Assembly (NCBI GenBank): GCA_051942245.1
Contig: JAVECL010000064.1
Coordinates: 1 to 64,000, forward strand
Direction: 5' to 3'
DNA: 64,000 nt
Origin: Trypethelium eluteriae
Taxonomy: Eukaryota
The translations under genes and the position numbers were made by a program. Under the pieces are notes generated by a model that was given only the letters and a program-made list of their open reading frames with translations, searched no databases and was not told the origin of the DNA. This document shows, in pieces, positions 25,101-38,400 of this stretch (its first letter is position 1; every line of letters starts with the position of its first letter).

Positions 25101-26223
25101 AAGAATTTTGGACGCGGTCGTTGTTCGGCCAAACTGGGCTGGAGGCGGATGGACAATAGTCAGACTGCCCGCAGTCTGCCCTGCTGGAGAGCGAGCTGAG
25201 GCAGATCTCGTGATCGGGAGCTGCAGCAAGACTTTAGCAATTGCCGGATAGGTGAGGTCACGCTTGCCTTGCTTAGTCGTGAGCTATCCCAGTGGGCTCA
25301 AATGGGCTCTATCGGGCACCGGATTTCGGTCTGAATCATCAGCGTCGCGGCCCGCCCCGTGGAAGAGAATGCAGTCAGCAGTCGGGCGTCCAACTCAAGC
25401 TCTGATTAATGCTCCGTGAGTGACCAAGGTTCAGTACGTCAGCTCAATGCGATCAGCAAGTTGTGACTTGGAATTATAGAAGAAGCGTATGCGCGTCTGG
25501 GGAGACGGTTCGCGCCAAGAAGAGGGCTGCAGGGAGTGGCTGAGAGATAGTAGCCCTCCATGTAGCTGAGATTAATCAATTCCGCACAAGGGACAAGGGC
25601 TTACAGAATTGACGCTGGTGAGGAACAGGGAAGTAGACGACGTCTATGACGGAGCTTCATTGTTTGCTGCTGCGACTGGTCGCACATGCGTTCAAAGGCC
25701 CGCGGCTCTATCTATTTACAGTTCTCCCAACCATGTGATAAAACACAACTCCGGTCGCCCTGGTTCGAAGACCAAGGTAAGGGCATTGGCTCGTCGGAGG
25801 GTAACCGCACTCAAAACTTGCTCCACCCAAAATGCCAGACCCAGATCCGCGCGAATGCACAAGCTCGAACCGAAAACAACCAAACTTTTTTTTAAAGTGT
25901 GATGCAAATAATTGGTGTAATAATAAAAAAAAGCAGCGTACGTGAATGATGTGAGATTCGTAATGCAGCGTCAAAGGCGGTTGTCAGACCGACAGCCGCG
26001 CCAATCTGAAAGGGTGGGGGCAAAGTGAGAACCCAATTGATGAGTAGCCGTAAGCCAGCCACCTCTCCCAACCAACACCAGAAAAGCAGTGAGACATGCG
26101 CTGAAATGCCTAAATGGAGTTGAGCAAGACCGTCGGGGGTATCGAAGCGAAAGCCCGTCGTGTGCAAAAATAGGGATTGGGGAATTTGTGGTGGATGTGG
26201 ACCGATAAAACGCCCGCCAGTAA

Positions 26224-28477
26224 TCATGTTTCTTCATGCGATTCATTAATGACCTCGTGTTTGGTCGTGCCCGGAACCGTCATCGTCGCCGGTGGAGCCA
26301 TGAAACCGGCGGCGACACCAGCACCACCCGTCGCATTGCTGGAGCCTGCGACGCTGCTGCTGACTGAGCTGACAGACGGTATGCGTTCCTTTGGGGGCGG
26401 CTCATCCCTCATGCATGCGTTCTCCAGCATATTTGTCCACTTCCCGCTTGTGCCCGCGTGACTGTGTTTGAGATGTTGGCGAAAGTGGTCGGCGCGGTAG
26501 AATTTTTTGGTTTGATTACATTCCATGAATTTGTGGACGCGGTTGAGATGATCGGTGCGCACCGCCCAGTCTGGCGGTGTGGGAAACTCTTCGCCGCAGT
26601 ATCCGCACACGTCGACGGCCGAAGCGGGGTTAGTAGGCTGCGTGAAGGCGGCTTCGGGACCTGTGAGCGCGTTGCACGACCACGAGTGTTTCCGTAAATG
26701 GAGGGAATTCTGGTGCCGTTCTGCTTCGTTCTTGTTCTTGAACCGATTCTTGCAGTAGGCACAGCTGTATTGTTTTTCCATTGTGTGGAGCCTAGTCGAG
26801 CAGATTAGCCAAGATCCTGCAGGAACTGTAGTCCGAGCCGTGTCTCGGAGAGCACCTACCGAAGCTCATCTGCAGTCTCAAACTTTTTGGGTTTCTTCGG
26901 ACAGCATTCGCATATGAACATGCCGGACATCTTGCCCAAGCTGCTGTGTCTGGAATGCGATTGACCATCACCTCCAGGCACCCCACTTCGTTGGCTCGGC
27001 GCGCTGTCGGTAGTCGTTTGTTGCTGTTGCGCTGCAGAGAGCGAACCCCGGGGACTTGGGTTCAACGATCTACTTGTAGCATACGGTGATGTGGGACCAA
27101 GATCAGGATCGGCCGAAGGTGACAAAGCGCCAGGCGAGAATCGGTCCAAGCGATCTGAGCTGTAACTCGTGGCACTGCTGGCGACTGATAGGCCGTAGGA
27201 TGAAGCGAGAGAGCCGTTCCGCGCCCCTAGTGATGAATTTGATGACACGGACCCCTGATGTGTGTGTAAACGCGCTCCCGGCGAATTCCGTGTGGCAAAT
27301 TGGAGTTGTGCAATTGAGCGGCGATGGAAGAGGTCATTTCCCCCGCTGTTGCTGCTTGTAGATGATCGTTCCTCGCGTGTAGGCTCGCGCTGAGGCGAGT
27401 CTGCTCTTCGCTTCTGCCCCGCTTTTGGCGCCATGGCCAAATCCTCGGTCAAAGAAGGGCTACGTTCGTTGATGTTCAAGTCTTTCATCCCACTATCATC
27501 CATATGGAAATCGTGGTCAGAGAAAATGCTGTGATCGTAACTTCCACGGTGCGATGCAGTCTCATCTGCGGTTCCGATTGTTGATGCGCTACCGATCCGT
27601 CGGGTCCGCCCATGCTCAATGCCCGCTTGGTCCAATGCTGCGCTCCTCATTACAGCATTTCGGGGCGATGTTGGTCCCGACGAAGAAACACTTGACCACC
27701 GCGACATGGTCGTGTCGCCGCCCGTGTGTCTTCGCTCCGGTATGACCGATGGGCCTCCAATCTTGGACAGTAATTGCTTATCGTAATCGCTGCGCGACCT
27801 GCATTCGAAAGGAAAATTAGTTATCATTATCGTGGCAATGGTGACGCATATCGGTAGGTAGAGCAGGACTAGATACCGCAATTTGTGCGTTTTGATTAGG
27901 AGGAAAAAAAAAAAAAAAAAAAAAAAGGTTCAATCCAAAAACAAGACAGAAATAGAAATATTTTTTAAAGCAAAAAAAAAAAACCGGGATTACGGAGTAC
28001 CGACCTGTAATCAAGTCCGCCTGAACTAGCGCTGCCATCGCCATCGCTCATAGGCAAATCAGGATCATGCTCGAGCTTCACCGTTGAGGTCGAACTGCCC
28101 CTTCTTGCAAATTCCAAGCCATTTTGATCCTCATCATGCAAAGCTTTTTCTGATTTTTTGGACGGCCAATCCCCCCACAGACTAGATCCCGGCTTCACCT
28201 CGCTCAGCTGGCTTCGGCCAAATCCGGGTGGATTTCCCCATGACCACCCAGGATCGTTGCTGGCTGTTAACCCACTAATGTGCCGAGGGGGAGGAAGTGG
28301 TGGTGGCGGCGACTCGCGGGAGGATTGAGGTATAGACATTGGGGAGGAAGTGGCTGAGGAGCGAGAGGACACATAGGAAGCGCGTCTTGGTATAGCGTAC
28401 CGGTCGATATGGGCGTTCGAGTCGTGAATCCGGATCGAAGGTGTTGAGCCGGCATGCGAGAAATCCATACGGGCCAA
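26224..28477 (-). CDS. C2H2 zinc-finger transcription factor (possibly a Magnaporthe COS1-like developmental regulator)
   Basis: Exons 28477-28005, 27798-26860 and 26791-26224. C-terminal fingers CECCPKKPKKF...H, CAYCKNRFKNKNEAERHQNSLH, CGYC...HLNRVH and FYRADHFRQHLKHSH; N-terminal PPPLPPPR. The COS1 link is from memory only. Confidence 0.92.
27904..27926. repeat. A23 homopolymer (U23 in pre-mRNA) in the 206-nt first intron of the C2H2 gene
   Basis: Direct read; further A/T runs at about 27960-27983. Confidence 0.9.
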
Positions 28478-31400
28478 TGCAGCGTCCTTCCAGCTGAGCG
28501 TGTGTGTGGCACCGCGCCACAGGTGGCAATTAGCAGGAATGGTCGGAGGCAGGAATAGATAGTGGTGCTAGGTAGCACGGTCAGCCGCAAAGGAAAGGTC
28601 GCGGTTACACGGTGAAATGGCAGACGGGAGGCGTGGACGAGGTATATAAGGCATTCTGGAAATGATTGGGTGTGGAGAATGGATCAGAATGTTTGGCGGG
28701 GAAGGCCCGCTGGCGAAATCCGCAGAGCTTTCAGCCCTACGACACACCCTCCCACCCAGCAGATCTCGACGTTGACGGCCAGGCGCAGCAGAGGAGGTGG
28801 CATCGACTTACGATAATTGAAAGCGATCATTGATCAAAGGCGCCGTCTCCGGGGACAAGCTGCATGCCCAGATTTCACGAGGCGCCGGCTCGGCTCGCGG
28901 GCGAGGGCGGTTTTGTGGAAGGTTTGCTCGGTGTGCGACCAGTCTGGACCGCTACGCGGCAGGTAGGGAAGAAGGGGGGGCAGCTGCACTGCCTTATAAA
29001 GAGAGATTAGTAGTAGGCACCGTCCAAAGGCGGCGGACGCGCTCCACAATCGCACGGTCTGGGCAATGGGGAAGGTCAGGAAAAAAAGTCAAGAAACGCA
29101 GCGAGTCGTCAGGTAGCGGAGCAAGTGGCTGCAGCGACATATGTGTACCTCAGTACGGGAGCACCGCTTGAGTCGTACGAGCCCGGCGGAGAAAGGATTG
29201 CAACCAACAGACTAGTTGAGAAAATGATGGGCCGGGCGGGGAGCGTGGGAATCATTTGGTAAAAGATAGCCCTCGATGGCTAGAGGGGCCTGCAGAGCCC
29301 TAGGTAGTTAGGAGGGCCGTTGACAGGATCAGCCCTCCTCAGATACGCCCACTGCCCGGACTGCCGTATAACAGGACAACAGCTGGGCTCTACTAGCACT
29401 GCAGCAGCAAGGGTGGGCCTCCCCCACAGGTACAAGCCTGCAGCCTTTGATCGTGCACCATCCTGCTGTTCTTCCAGAAGAAGCGGGATACCGGGACAGG
29501 GTTGCCAGCCCGCCAGTGGCAGCGCAGCGATGACCTTCCTTCTCCTCCAAAGCCCTAGTCTGACATACATGTGCTCAGTCTTGCGAAGCCTCTGCGCGAC
29601 TCCGGTCCCGCTGTCGAGACCATGGCGGGCGAAGAAGAGACGCGCAGCAGATGCGCCCGCGCACGTAGTATCTGACCGGCGGGTTGCTGGAGTCCACAAT
29701 GGTCGTGCAGCCTGCAAAGCCGGGTTTCAGGGCAGAGAGGTTCAGGTCACGTCCTGGTACCGGTACCTCCCCGACGGTGGAGCCCCGATTATCTAGGCTA
29801 CGACCAGCTTGGTGATTGCTCCTGTACCGCTTATTCTTCTTCTGCTGCTCTCTCGCTGCTTCCCACGCATGCCATTTGGGAGGACTCAGTTGCCTGTCAC
29901 GTTGGCTGATGATCACCGCATTGATGAGGTGACACGACAAGCTGAAGCGCCCTCGTGGGAGCGTCTACAATTCACGACTGCAATGCGGGAAGCAGATGAG
30001 GGCTCCGTTGGGATCTCTGCAGATTGGATGATGAGGGGCTGGCCAGTCAAGCAAGTATGATTGGGCACACAATCGGGCCACAGGGCGCTGCTGTGAACGA
30101 GCCAAATTGCGGCGGAAGCACCAAGTCAGCCTTACCCAATGCTTCGGGCCGTCTCCATCCTTAATAGCTGCAGCCAAGAGATGGTCCATCTCAAACATGA
30201 GCAATGACAATCTCGCCAAATCCTTTTCATGCATCCCGCCCTAAATTACCCGTCCCGGGCATTTACTCTAAACCCAGTGCTTTTAGCGGGACCACTGTAC
30301 GTCTGACCTCAGCCAAGCAAATTAGCCAGAAGAGATCCCCCGCCATCACTAATTTGCTTTTTTGACACCTTGGATCGCCGTTGCAAAATAAGTTAGCTCC
30401 TCATTAAGCCCTCTCAACCATATGCGTAAGGGGTGAAGGTGTCAATGACCTGTCTACTCCGCCTATCGTAATAGCTTGCATCTCGCTTAGCTTTTAGCGG
30501 TGGACCATGCTCCCATTTTGTTCATCCGGATGCTTCTCTCTGTAGCCTCGCACGCCTCGCCGAGCCTGCACGAACAGTTGAGATCTCGAATCTCGTGTGT
30601 CTGATGTTTACTACAGGCTTCGCCCGGTTTCAAAGTCACAAACGAGTCGGCAGAAAGTCAATCCATCTCTGGGCCGTAGTTTCGTCATGGAGTACCGGCC
30701 TCACTTCACAAATGAACAGAGCATCAACAAAGGTTTCATTTCCCAGAGACTGCAGTAATTTCCTATGCTTCGGCAAGCCACGCGGACACCTGGGTGCCAA
30801 ACGCGTGAACTATTGGGACCAGATATGCAGCAATCAGAACCCCTTTCCCCGATGCCCTAGCTTGAGCTCTCAGGCACGTATAGGATTGGATGTGCAGAGC
30901 TGGAATGGAGAATGTTTCATGTCTGCTTGGCTGCCCATCTAACCGCGTTCGAGGGATCTAGCTCTGAATCAATGTGGTCGCAGAAATAGTTTGTCCAGGC
31001 ATGTTGTGCAACTCTATTATGGCCGCGTGCAGGTCGACTCAATTGTCCAATGGGGATTCAAATTCGGCACTCATAATGACATTACCAGCGAATGATGACC
31101 CTCCAGGCATCAAGCACCACCTGTCAGAAGCCGTAGAATTCAAATTTTTGCATCTGCTTGGTAAGATTTACGTTGGGGGGAACTTGAGACACGTACTCCA
31201 GAAGACCAAAGGCAAATATGAGTATTGCAATGCTGGGAGGCATTGATCATTGTTTCATCTCAGGATAGGCGCACAGCAAAATGAAGAGGGTTGGGCTCGT
31301 GTAAATGGCTCCATTCGGCCGAATTCCTGTATTGGAGAAAACATTGCTGCACTTGAAAGGAGTGGATCACACGTAGTCCATACATACAAAGACCTGCTAA

Positions 31401-31573
31401 TTAAAGGGTGTCGGCAGTGGTCGGCCAGTCCATAGGTAAGCGTGGTAAGGTACCTTTGACTCCGAGCTTGGAGTGCTTGGGTCGGGGTGCCGATCGAGAC
31501 CCTCACACCCACCACACCGTGCCGGGATCTAATCATTCTGTCATTTCGATCATCTCAGAGACACATATCCTCG

Positions 31574-33112
31574 ATGGCGCTTCTCGATCAGGTACCAGGC
31601 GTGCAGGGTCTTTACATCGGCGGGTCCGTCCTTACCGCTATCTGCCAAGCCTGGAATGGCCATGCAGGCGCCACTTTCACATCCAGCTGCTAATCGCCAA
31701 AGCAGAATTTTCTCGATGCGTCGAAAAGAAGCTCTCAAGGCGGCCAACATCACCCACGTACTTTCAGTGCTGCGCCTTGACGTTGATGAAGGCCTGTTCA
31801 GCCCGTACTACCACAAAATTGTGCAGGTCGACGATGTTGACGACGAAAATCTATTGGAGCATTTCCCCGTAACCAACAAATTTATTCAAGATGGACTAGA
31901 TGGCGGTGGAGGAGTGCTTGTCCACTGGTAGGTCCAAGAATTCAATTCTCCTGACATAGCGGTCAGACCGTTCCTCGCGATGTCATCACTGCAATCCCGA
32001 AGTACCAGTACTCGTAGGTAGTGACTGGCCTCGAAATCTAGAAGATCTTTGTTACGTTATCATACCTCGTCTTCTTACGATCCTATCATCCCACATTTTT
32101 GGCTTTCGGCGGGCTTCATTATCCTGAGAATGTGTGCTTTTTTCGGATTACCTCTTTTGTGATTCCCGATCGACGCTTTAGTTCCATGCTCGCACCATTT
32201 ACTCGTGCTTTCCAATGTATGCACAAGATTTACGCTGCATTTATTCGCGTGTCTCTGTTTGGTATTGCTGCTCTTCCATCACCAGAGAAATAAACAAAAA
32301 AAACTCTGATCTCACGCAGAAGCTATGCCTAATCTAGTGCCATGGGCAAATCACGTTCGGCAGCCTGTGTTATGGCTTACATGATGCATAAGTCTCACAT
32401 GGCGCCATCAGAGGCATTGACCCAATTGCAAAAGAGTCGACCGCTATGTGAGCCGAATGCCGGGTTTCTGAAGCAACTTGAGCTGTTCCATCAAATGAAT
32501 TCACCGCAAGACCTCGAGGCAGACCCAATCTATCAGCGATGGCTATATCAACGGGAGGTGCAGCTTAGTGGTGAATGTGGACAAGCTCCAGATACGGACA
32601 AAATTCGATTTGAAGACGAGCATGGAACCTTGGAAAAGGGATCTGAAGAATTTTCTCTAAGATGCAGGAAGTGCAGGTAAAACCGCTCCAGCGCTTCTGT
32701 AGAGAACGACGCTCACCAAATCAGGCGGCCACTCGCGACGTCACAATTTGTGACTGATCATAAGCAGAAAGGAGACAAACTTGATGACAGTATCCAAGCC
32801 CCAGATCACTTCGCCCAAGATGGATCCTGCGCCCACTATTTCCTCGATCCTCTTTCATGGATGCGACCAGAACTTGAACAAGGCAAGCTGGATGGTCGGT
32901 TGGAATGCCCAAAGTGCAGGACAAATGTGGGAAAGTATGCTTGGCAGGGTATGCAATGCAGTTGCGGCGAGTGGATTGTGCCGGGCATCACCCTTGCCAG
33001 AGGCCGAGTTGATCAGATAAGACCAAGGCCGGTTGGAGGAGCGAGCATGGGCATTCGGATGCCACCTACCGTTGGCTCGCGAGTGGCTGGGAGGGGTCAG
33101 GAAAACCTGTGA
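31574..33112 (+). CDS. YVH1: Dual-specificity phosphatase Yvh1/DUSP12 (60S biogenesis)
   Basis: Introns 31624-31705, 31928-32337 and 32677-32724. Contains GLYIGG, VLVHC|AMGKSRS, PNAGFLKQL and the zinc-binding domain RCRKCR...CAHYF...CPKC...GMQCSCG. Confidence 0.96.
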
Positions 33113-33732
33113 ATCTTTCCTTCTATCCCTTCTCAGCTATTTATTTAGGTGATAAGTTGTGCTGTACAAATACGGGGGCAAGGGTTCGGAGTGGGAATTC
33201 GGACATGCATTCAGACGTCCAAATAGGGAAAGCTTATCGAGGAAATCAAAATGGACCCTGACCGGCTCAGCCCTACGGAAACTTCCGCACGTGATGTCAC
33301 TAGGGGCACTCAGCAGACTCACAAACGTCGAGTTCCTGATTTGCCCAAAAAAAACCCACCAGTCCTCTGAGGTCCTCATTGTTTGACCACGTACCACTGG
33401 ATCAAGACTGAGCCTTTCGCGCTCGCTAACAAAGTCCAAGTTCACACCGCGTGCATGAAATTCTCAAATCCTGCTCGTTTATATAATGCAGCTGCACACT
33501 GTCAAAGAGCTGAACTCGCTTCAATCAAGATGCTGTTACTGAACCTCCGGTAGCCCGCGAAGTAAGTCAATGAACGGCCATAGGTGCCTGCGGTTCACAA
33601 CCTGTACCCCAGGTAAAAGTAAAATGGATCTAACAGTCAAATCTCAGGCATTGCCTCGCCGTGGCCTGGACATCCTCGATCTCTAAACCCCCCCCCAGCT
33701 CCATCTCGATCCGTCGTATCTCTTGAAATCTT

Positions 33733-34874
33733 ATGCCCGCACGAACCCTCGAGGCTTTAGCTTTTAACAAGTTGTTGAAGATTCACAGTGCCGAAGAAAG
33801 TGATCGACAGCGTCACGACAGTGTCATGACGAGTAAACTCGAGTCCCGGGACGTCACTGTGGATAAATCTGGCTTTGTGGAAGCGAACTACCTCTCTGGT
33901 CAACCTCTCTCTACCTCGAACGACGATTGTGGCGTTGACACAGAAACTTCGGACGAGGCCATCTCCATCAAGTCAGTCGAATCCTCGTCCGAGCATGCTG
34001 TGGAGATAGACTCTGTGACGAGTGCACCTCAGACGGGCGCTGGGTCTCCAGCAGGTTTGCAGGCGATTGCCTCAAAGAGTCATGAAGCCTTAAGCTAAAT
34101 ACATGGCAGCTGCCCTCGCTCTGCGCAATTGCCACATACATTCTCGATCTTTGCCTCGGATGAAGTCGATGACCCCCCCACCGAATTATGGTGCGGTCAT
34201 TCCTGGCTGTATCTTCCGCAGTGGATATCCACTGGAGGCAAACCAGGGGTTTCTTGAGACTCTGAAATTGAAGACGGTCCTGTAAGTTGCTTGAGATCAT
34301 TGGGTATCTGCGGCATCGTAGGGCTATGCTGACAATGTATGCAGGACTCTGGTGTCTGCAATTACACCACCAGCGCACGCGGAATGGATGAAAGAAAATG
34401 GCATTGAGCATATCCAAATCCCAATTCTACCAAACAAGGAGGGCAAGCCATCCACGCCAGTTGTAAACTTTAACTCCGCACTTGCTGTCATTCTTCGCCG
34501 TAGCAGTCACCCAATACTTATCCACTGCAATCAAGGCAGGGTACGTTCTCTCCTCAAGCTCAAGCCAACATACTCATACGCCCAACCACAAGGTCAACCC
34601 TGCTGATCCTCAAGTTTAGCATCGCACAGGTTGCGTAGTTGCCTGCTTCCGTCGTGTCATTGGCGAAGACCTCATCGCCGCTATTAGTGAGTACCATACT
34701 TACGCCGACCCAAAAGCCCGCCCCCCTGACGAAGTCTGGATCCGGAACTACGATGCAACAGCCTTGGCTAGGGTGGCTGCGCACGAGCACTGGATTGGTT
34801 CTCCGCAGCAGCCGACAGCACGCACTCTCACTCCTGTTGCATCAAGGACGGGAGCGCCAAAGGTTAGGGCATAG
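33733..34874 (+). CDS. SIW14: Siw14/PFA-DSP family (inositol pyrophosphate) phosphatase
   Basis: Introns 34055-34109, 34282-34344 and 34541-34619. Contains PPPNYGAV, IFRSGYP, HPILIHCNQGR|HRTGCVVACFR and EYHTYADPKAR. The C-terminus is uncertain because of a possible further intron. Confidence 0.85.
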
Positions 34875-36212
34875 ACTGTACATATGTCCGGCAACGCTAT
34901 TTCATATGTCCTGTTGTTATGTAGCTATCGGGAGGCGCAGCTAACCTTTTTGGTATCCCTTCTTGGTTACAGCAATTGGTGTTCAGCGTGTGGGGCTTCC
35001 GCAATGTTCACGAATTGAATGCGCCGAGAGATCCTTCATGCAGGACTCGGCATAAAAATTTCTTTCGCAGATGCCTGACATGGCAAGTAATTGGTTTCAA
35101 CGTTGAATAGAAGTGCCGGGCCGGCGAGTGCGCTGATTTCCCGAGCACTGCATTCTTAAAAAGTACGGAACACAGAACGTACATATTTCCGTTACTACAA
35201 AATAGACGTGGTGGCACTATGTTTCTTTTATAAGTATTGTAGTGAGCAGGCATGCTGTAATGTAACTTAGAGCATCGTTGCACTGTCACGCGTCTGGTGT
35301 GAATTTGACCCCGTTTTACCGCCGTCACAATAGGAGAGATCCATATACTTCTATTTCTGCCGACCCACAAACTCTTAACTTCAATTCTTCTTCGTCCATC
35401 TCTCCAAAGTCCCTTCCTTTGGGTCTTGATGTATCACTCGAAGTTCGGCATTACTTGTTGAACGCTATGATGGAAGTCACTGCACATGTAGCCAGGACAA
35501 CGAAATGATAAGAGCGGTTCGACCTTCATCTCCCCAGCTATTGGTTTCACTTTCCAATGTTCCTACGTCTAAAGCGGAAAGCGCGGAGGACCAACAGGAG
35601 ACTCCCACTCCAATTGGCGACCACAATATTCAAGCTCTTTGCCAAGTCGTGGATAGCACCTTCTCCTTGCGAGCTCATCGTCATGCTGGTCACTCCTGCT
35701 CTTCCACAGTCCCTTCCTTTCTGTTCGATGATTCTATTCTATATGAAATGGGCTTTGTTGAAAACAGGATTGTTAGCTAGGGTTGCAAAGGCATGCAAAA
35801 GATTAGGTGATGTGGGCCGTGAGTGGGCCACCAGTGGATGTGTACATGGGATGCACTGAGTAATCATCAGCGCGACAGTGCGCGAGAGAGTATCTATGAG
35901 ATGATTCTCGGGAACTGGGTCATAGGGTAGAGAAACTCACAACGGAGGCATTGTAGACGACAGAGGATTCGATGGATGAAGGGCCAGAAACGTTGTGCTT
36001 TGGATGGATGATCGCGCATCAGAAGCCGTCAACAATTTTAGCGGAACGTCCCGGCTAATACGGAGCAGAAATGAGATCATTAAATCTTAAATATCAGAAC
36101 GAATCCATGTGTTCTCTCACTCCACGTACCTTTTAGTATGAAGCGGGAGTGCTGCAGGCTGTTGAGGTGGATTAGAGACGGTGAGACATATTTTTGAAAC
36201 AATTTCTTAATT

Positions 36213-37951
36213 TCATTTCATGGACGAATGACTATCCTGATGTAATTGTATCAATCGCGCCATATGTTTAATCCACTTCTCCGCAAACGCGTCCTCCGTG
36301 AATCTTTTGGCGCTTGCTCTAGCACGCAACCGCATTGCTAGTGTTTCATCTGAACTGAGTGAGAGTGCTTTGCCAAATCTATGGGCAAACTCCTCAGGTG
36401 TTGTAGCATGGAAACCTGGGAGCAGTGGGTCAGAAACGATGTGTACGACCGAACTGAGGTACTTACCAGTGGGTTGCCCATCTACGTCAACAACGATGTC
36501 GATTTTTGGACCTCCGCTGGCATTGACGACGCTGATAAGACCTGCTGCCTGATACTCGACGACGCCGATCCCAAAATGTTCGTTCCACATGCCATTGACA
36601 CCAACCCAGCTGCGACGCAGCCAGTCCAGAATCTGGGGCCACGAGGCGTCGCAAATGAATTCCACATCGTCCTTGATCTTCAACTCGTGAGCTAAAAGCC
36701 GAAGCTTATAAACTCTTGTCGCGTCGTCACTATCGCGGACAGAACCGATGAGGATGAGTTTCGGTTTCTCCTGGGATGACCCTTGTTGAACATGTAGGAA
36801 CTTCGCGAAGGCATCGAGTATGACCTGATGGTTCTTTTCCGGTCGGAACTGCGCAATATATAAGAGGTACTTGCCCCGATTTTTCTCACTCTCCTTGCTG
36901 ACATCTATCGCTCCCTCCAGCTCTTCCACGGCGACAGGAGGGAAAACGGCCTCTGTCTCGAACACCTTCTTCCTTCTCGCCCTTCGCGGGCCCCAAAGCT
37001 TTCGAATGTGTCCCTGTGTCCAAGTCGAGTTCGTCATTACCACGTCGACCTGGCCCCCAACGAAACTGTAAAGCCACGCAAAAGCCAGCCAGTATTGCCT
37101 TTTTGCGACACCTCTGTATCCCCTTCCCTGGCCCGCATTAACGCCGTGTCCACCTTCGTCAAGTGATCCGAGCATATCAGTGGAAATAGTCGGATAATGT
37201 ACATATGCACCAGTGGGCACATCGGGAAACAGAAATTTAGAGAACCCCAAGGTGAAGGCGTAACCCATGGTGTCTACAAAAACGTCCGGAACCAGCAGAT
37301 TAAATGCATCATATGCGAGTACTAGGCTTCCAAAGCTTTGTCCGAGCAAAGTGAAATGTGGCCAGGTCGAGGCAAGCACGAAGCGACGAGTGGAGAGGTA
37401 CAGGAATTGGATTTTTGGCGGATGAAGGTGGATGTTGAAGCGAGTACGGACACGGTCAATGATTTGGTTTTTGTCGACATCGTGATCGCCAGTGTAAACA
37501 ATACAGAGGACTTCAGGCCAGCGTCTTTGGGTTGCGCGAATGGCAGCCCAGAGGACTCGTTCGCCACCGCCGCCAGCGTTGCTGTATTGAGTCGTAAGCT
37601 GGATTATCGAAACTCATTAGGCTATCGGGCAATTTACCAGAATGGATGAAAGAATCCTATAACACCTGACCAAGCCTTTGACCCTTTCTCACCGTTTGTG
37701 TCGGAACCTGCGGTATAGCTTTCCACTCTTTCCCATTCCTCGTCTCCATTCGGTGGGCTCTTGGCATGGTATTCCTTCTCTTCAGCTTCCGCTCTTGAGA
37801 GCAGCAACTCCCTTCTCGACGATGTCCTGCTGCGAATATACCAGCCTATAGCTCGACCGCATAATTTGATGGTAAAAGGTAAAGTCAGAAACGAAAGTGG
37901 TGTAAGGATGAGGAGCGAGAGGAGAAAAAATGAAGGAGAAAAGACGTTCAT
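36213..37951 (-). CDS. ALG11: Alpha-1,2-mannosyltransferase (GT4)
   Basis: Introns 37637-37582 and 36466-36416 (51 nt, in frame). Contains GFFHPFCNAGGGGERVLW, DTMGYAF, YVHYPTISTDM, AQFRPEKNH and MWNEHFGIGVVE. Confidence 0.96.
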
Positions 37952-38400
37952 AGCTGACGCATTGCAGACAGCTAGAATGCACTCATGATGGAGAAAAATA
38001 ACCAAGGGGAAAGACGCGAGGTTTGAGGGCGCGTGCAGTGCTTTGTTGTTTCATAGCTGGCAGGTACGAGGCTACCTGCACGATGTCATCAGTGCCGTAA
38101 GCCTCAAAAGACAAGTCCTGAGGGTCGTCCCTGCATCGGCCCGGATGATCATCGGCAAACTCCTTCTCAGAAACCTCCGGGAAGGTACTGCCATATATAA
38201 GTTAAGGTTATTGTTGATCCCTGCCTCAGTGTCCCTGGCAAGCCTACCTTACGTCTTGGATGCACAAAAGATCCTTCTTATCAGTACAGATGTACAGCTT
38301 CCAGCTCCTATGTTATCGCAAATGGAGAAAGTGGAATCCTCCATGAGCTCTGGCATGAGCATTAGGAAGTCGCCACTTCATTTAGAGAATCAGAGATAAT

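Noticed and set aside
28830..31500. Many overlapping ORFs upstream of the C2H2 gene
   Set aside because: They overlap on both strands with no domain signal, as expected of GC-rich promoter DNA.
35008..35859. Short ORFs between SIW14 and ALG11, with a repeated AGTCCCTTCCTTT
   Set aside because: No homology recognised; a single 13-mer repeat is insufficient.
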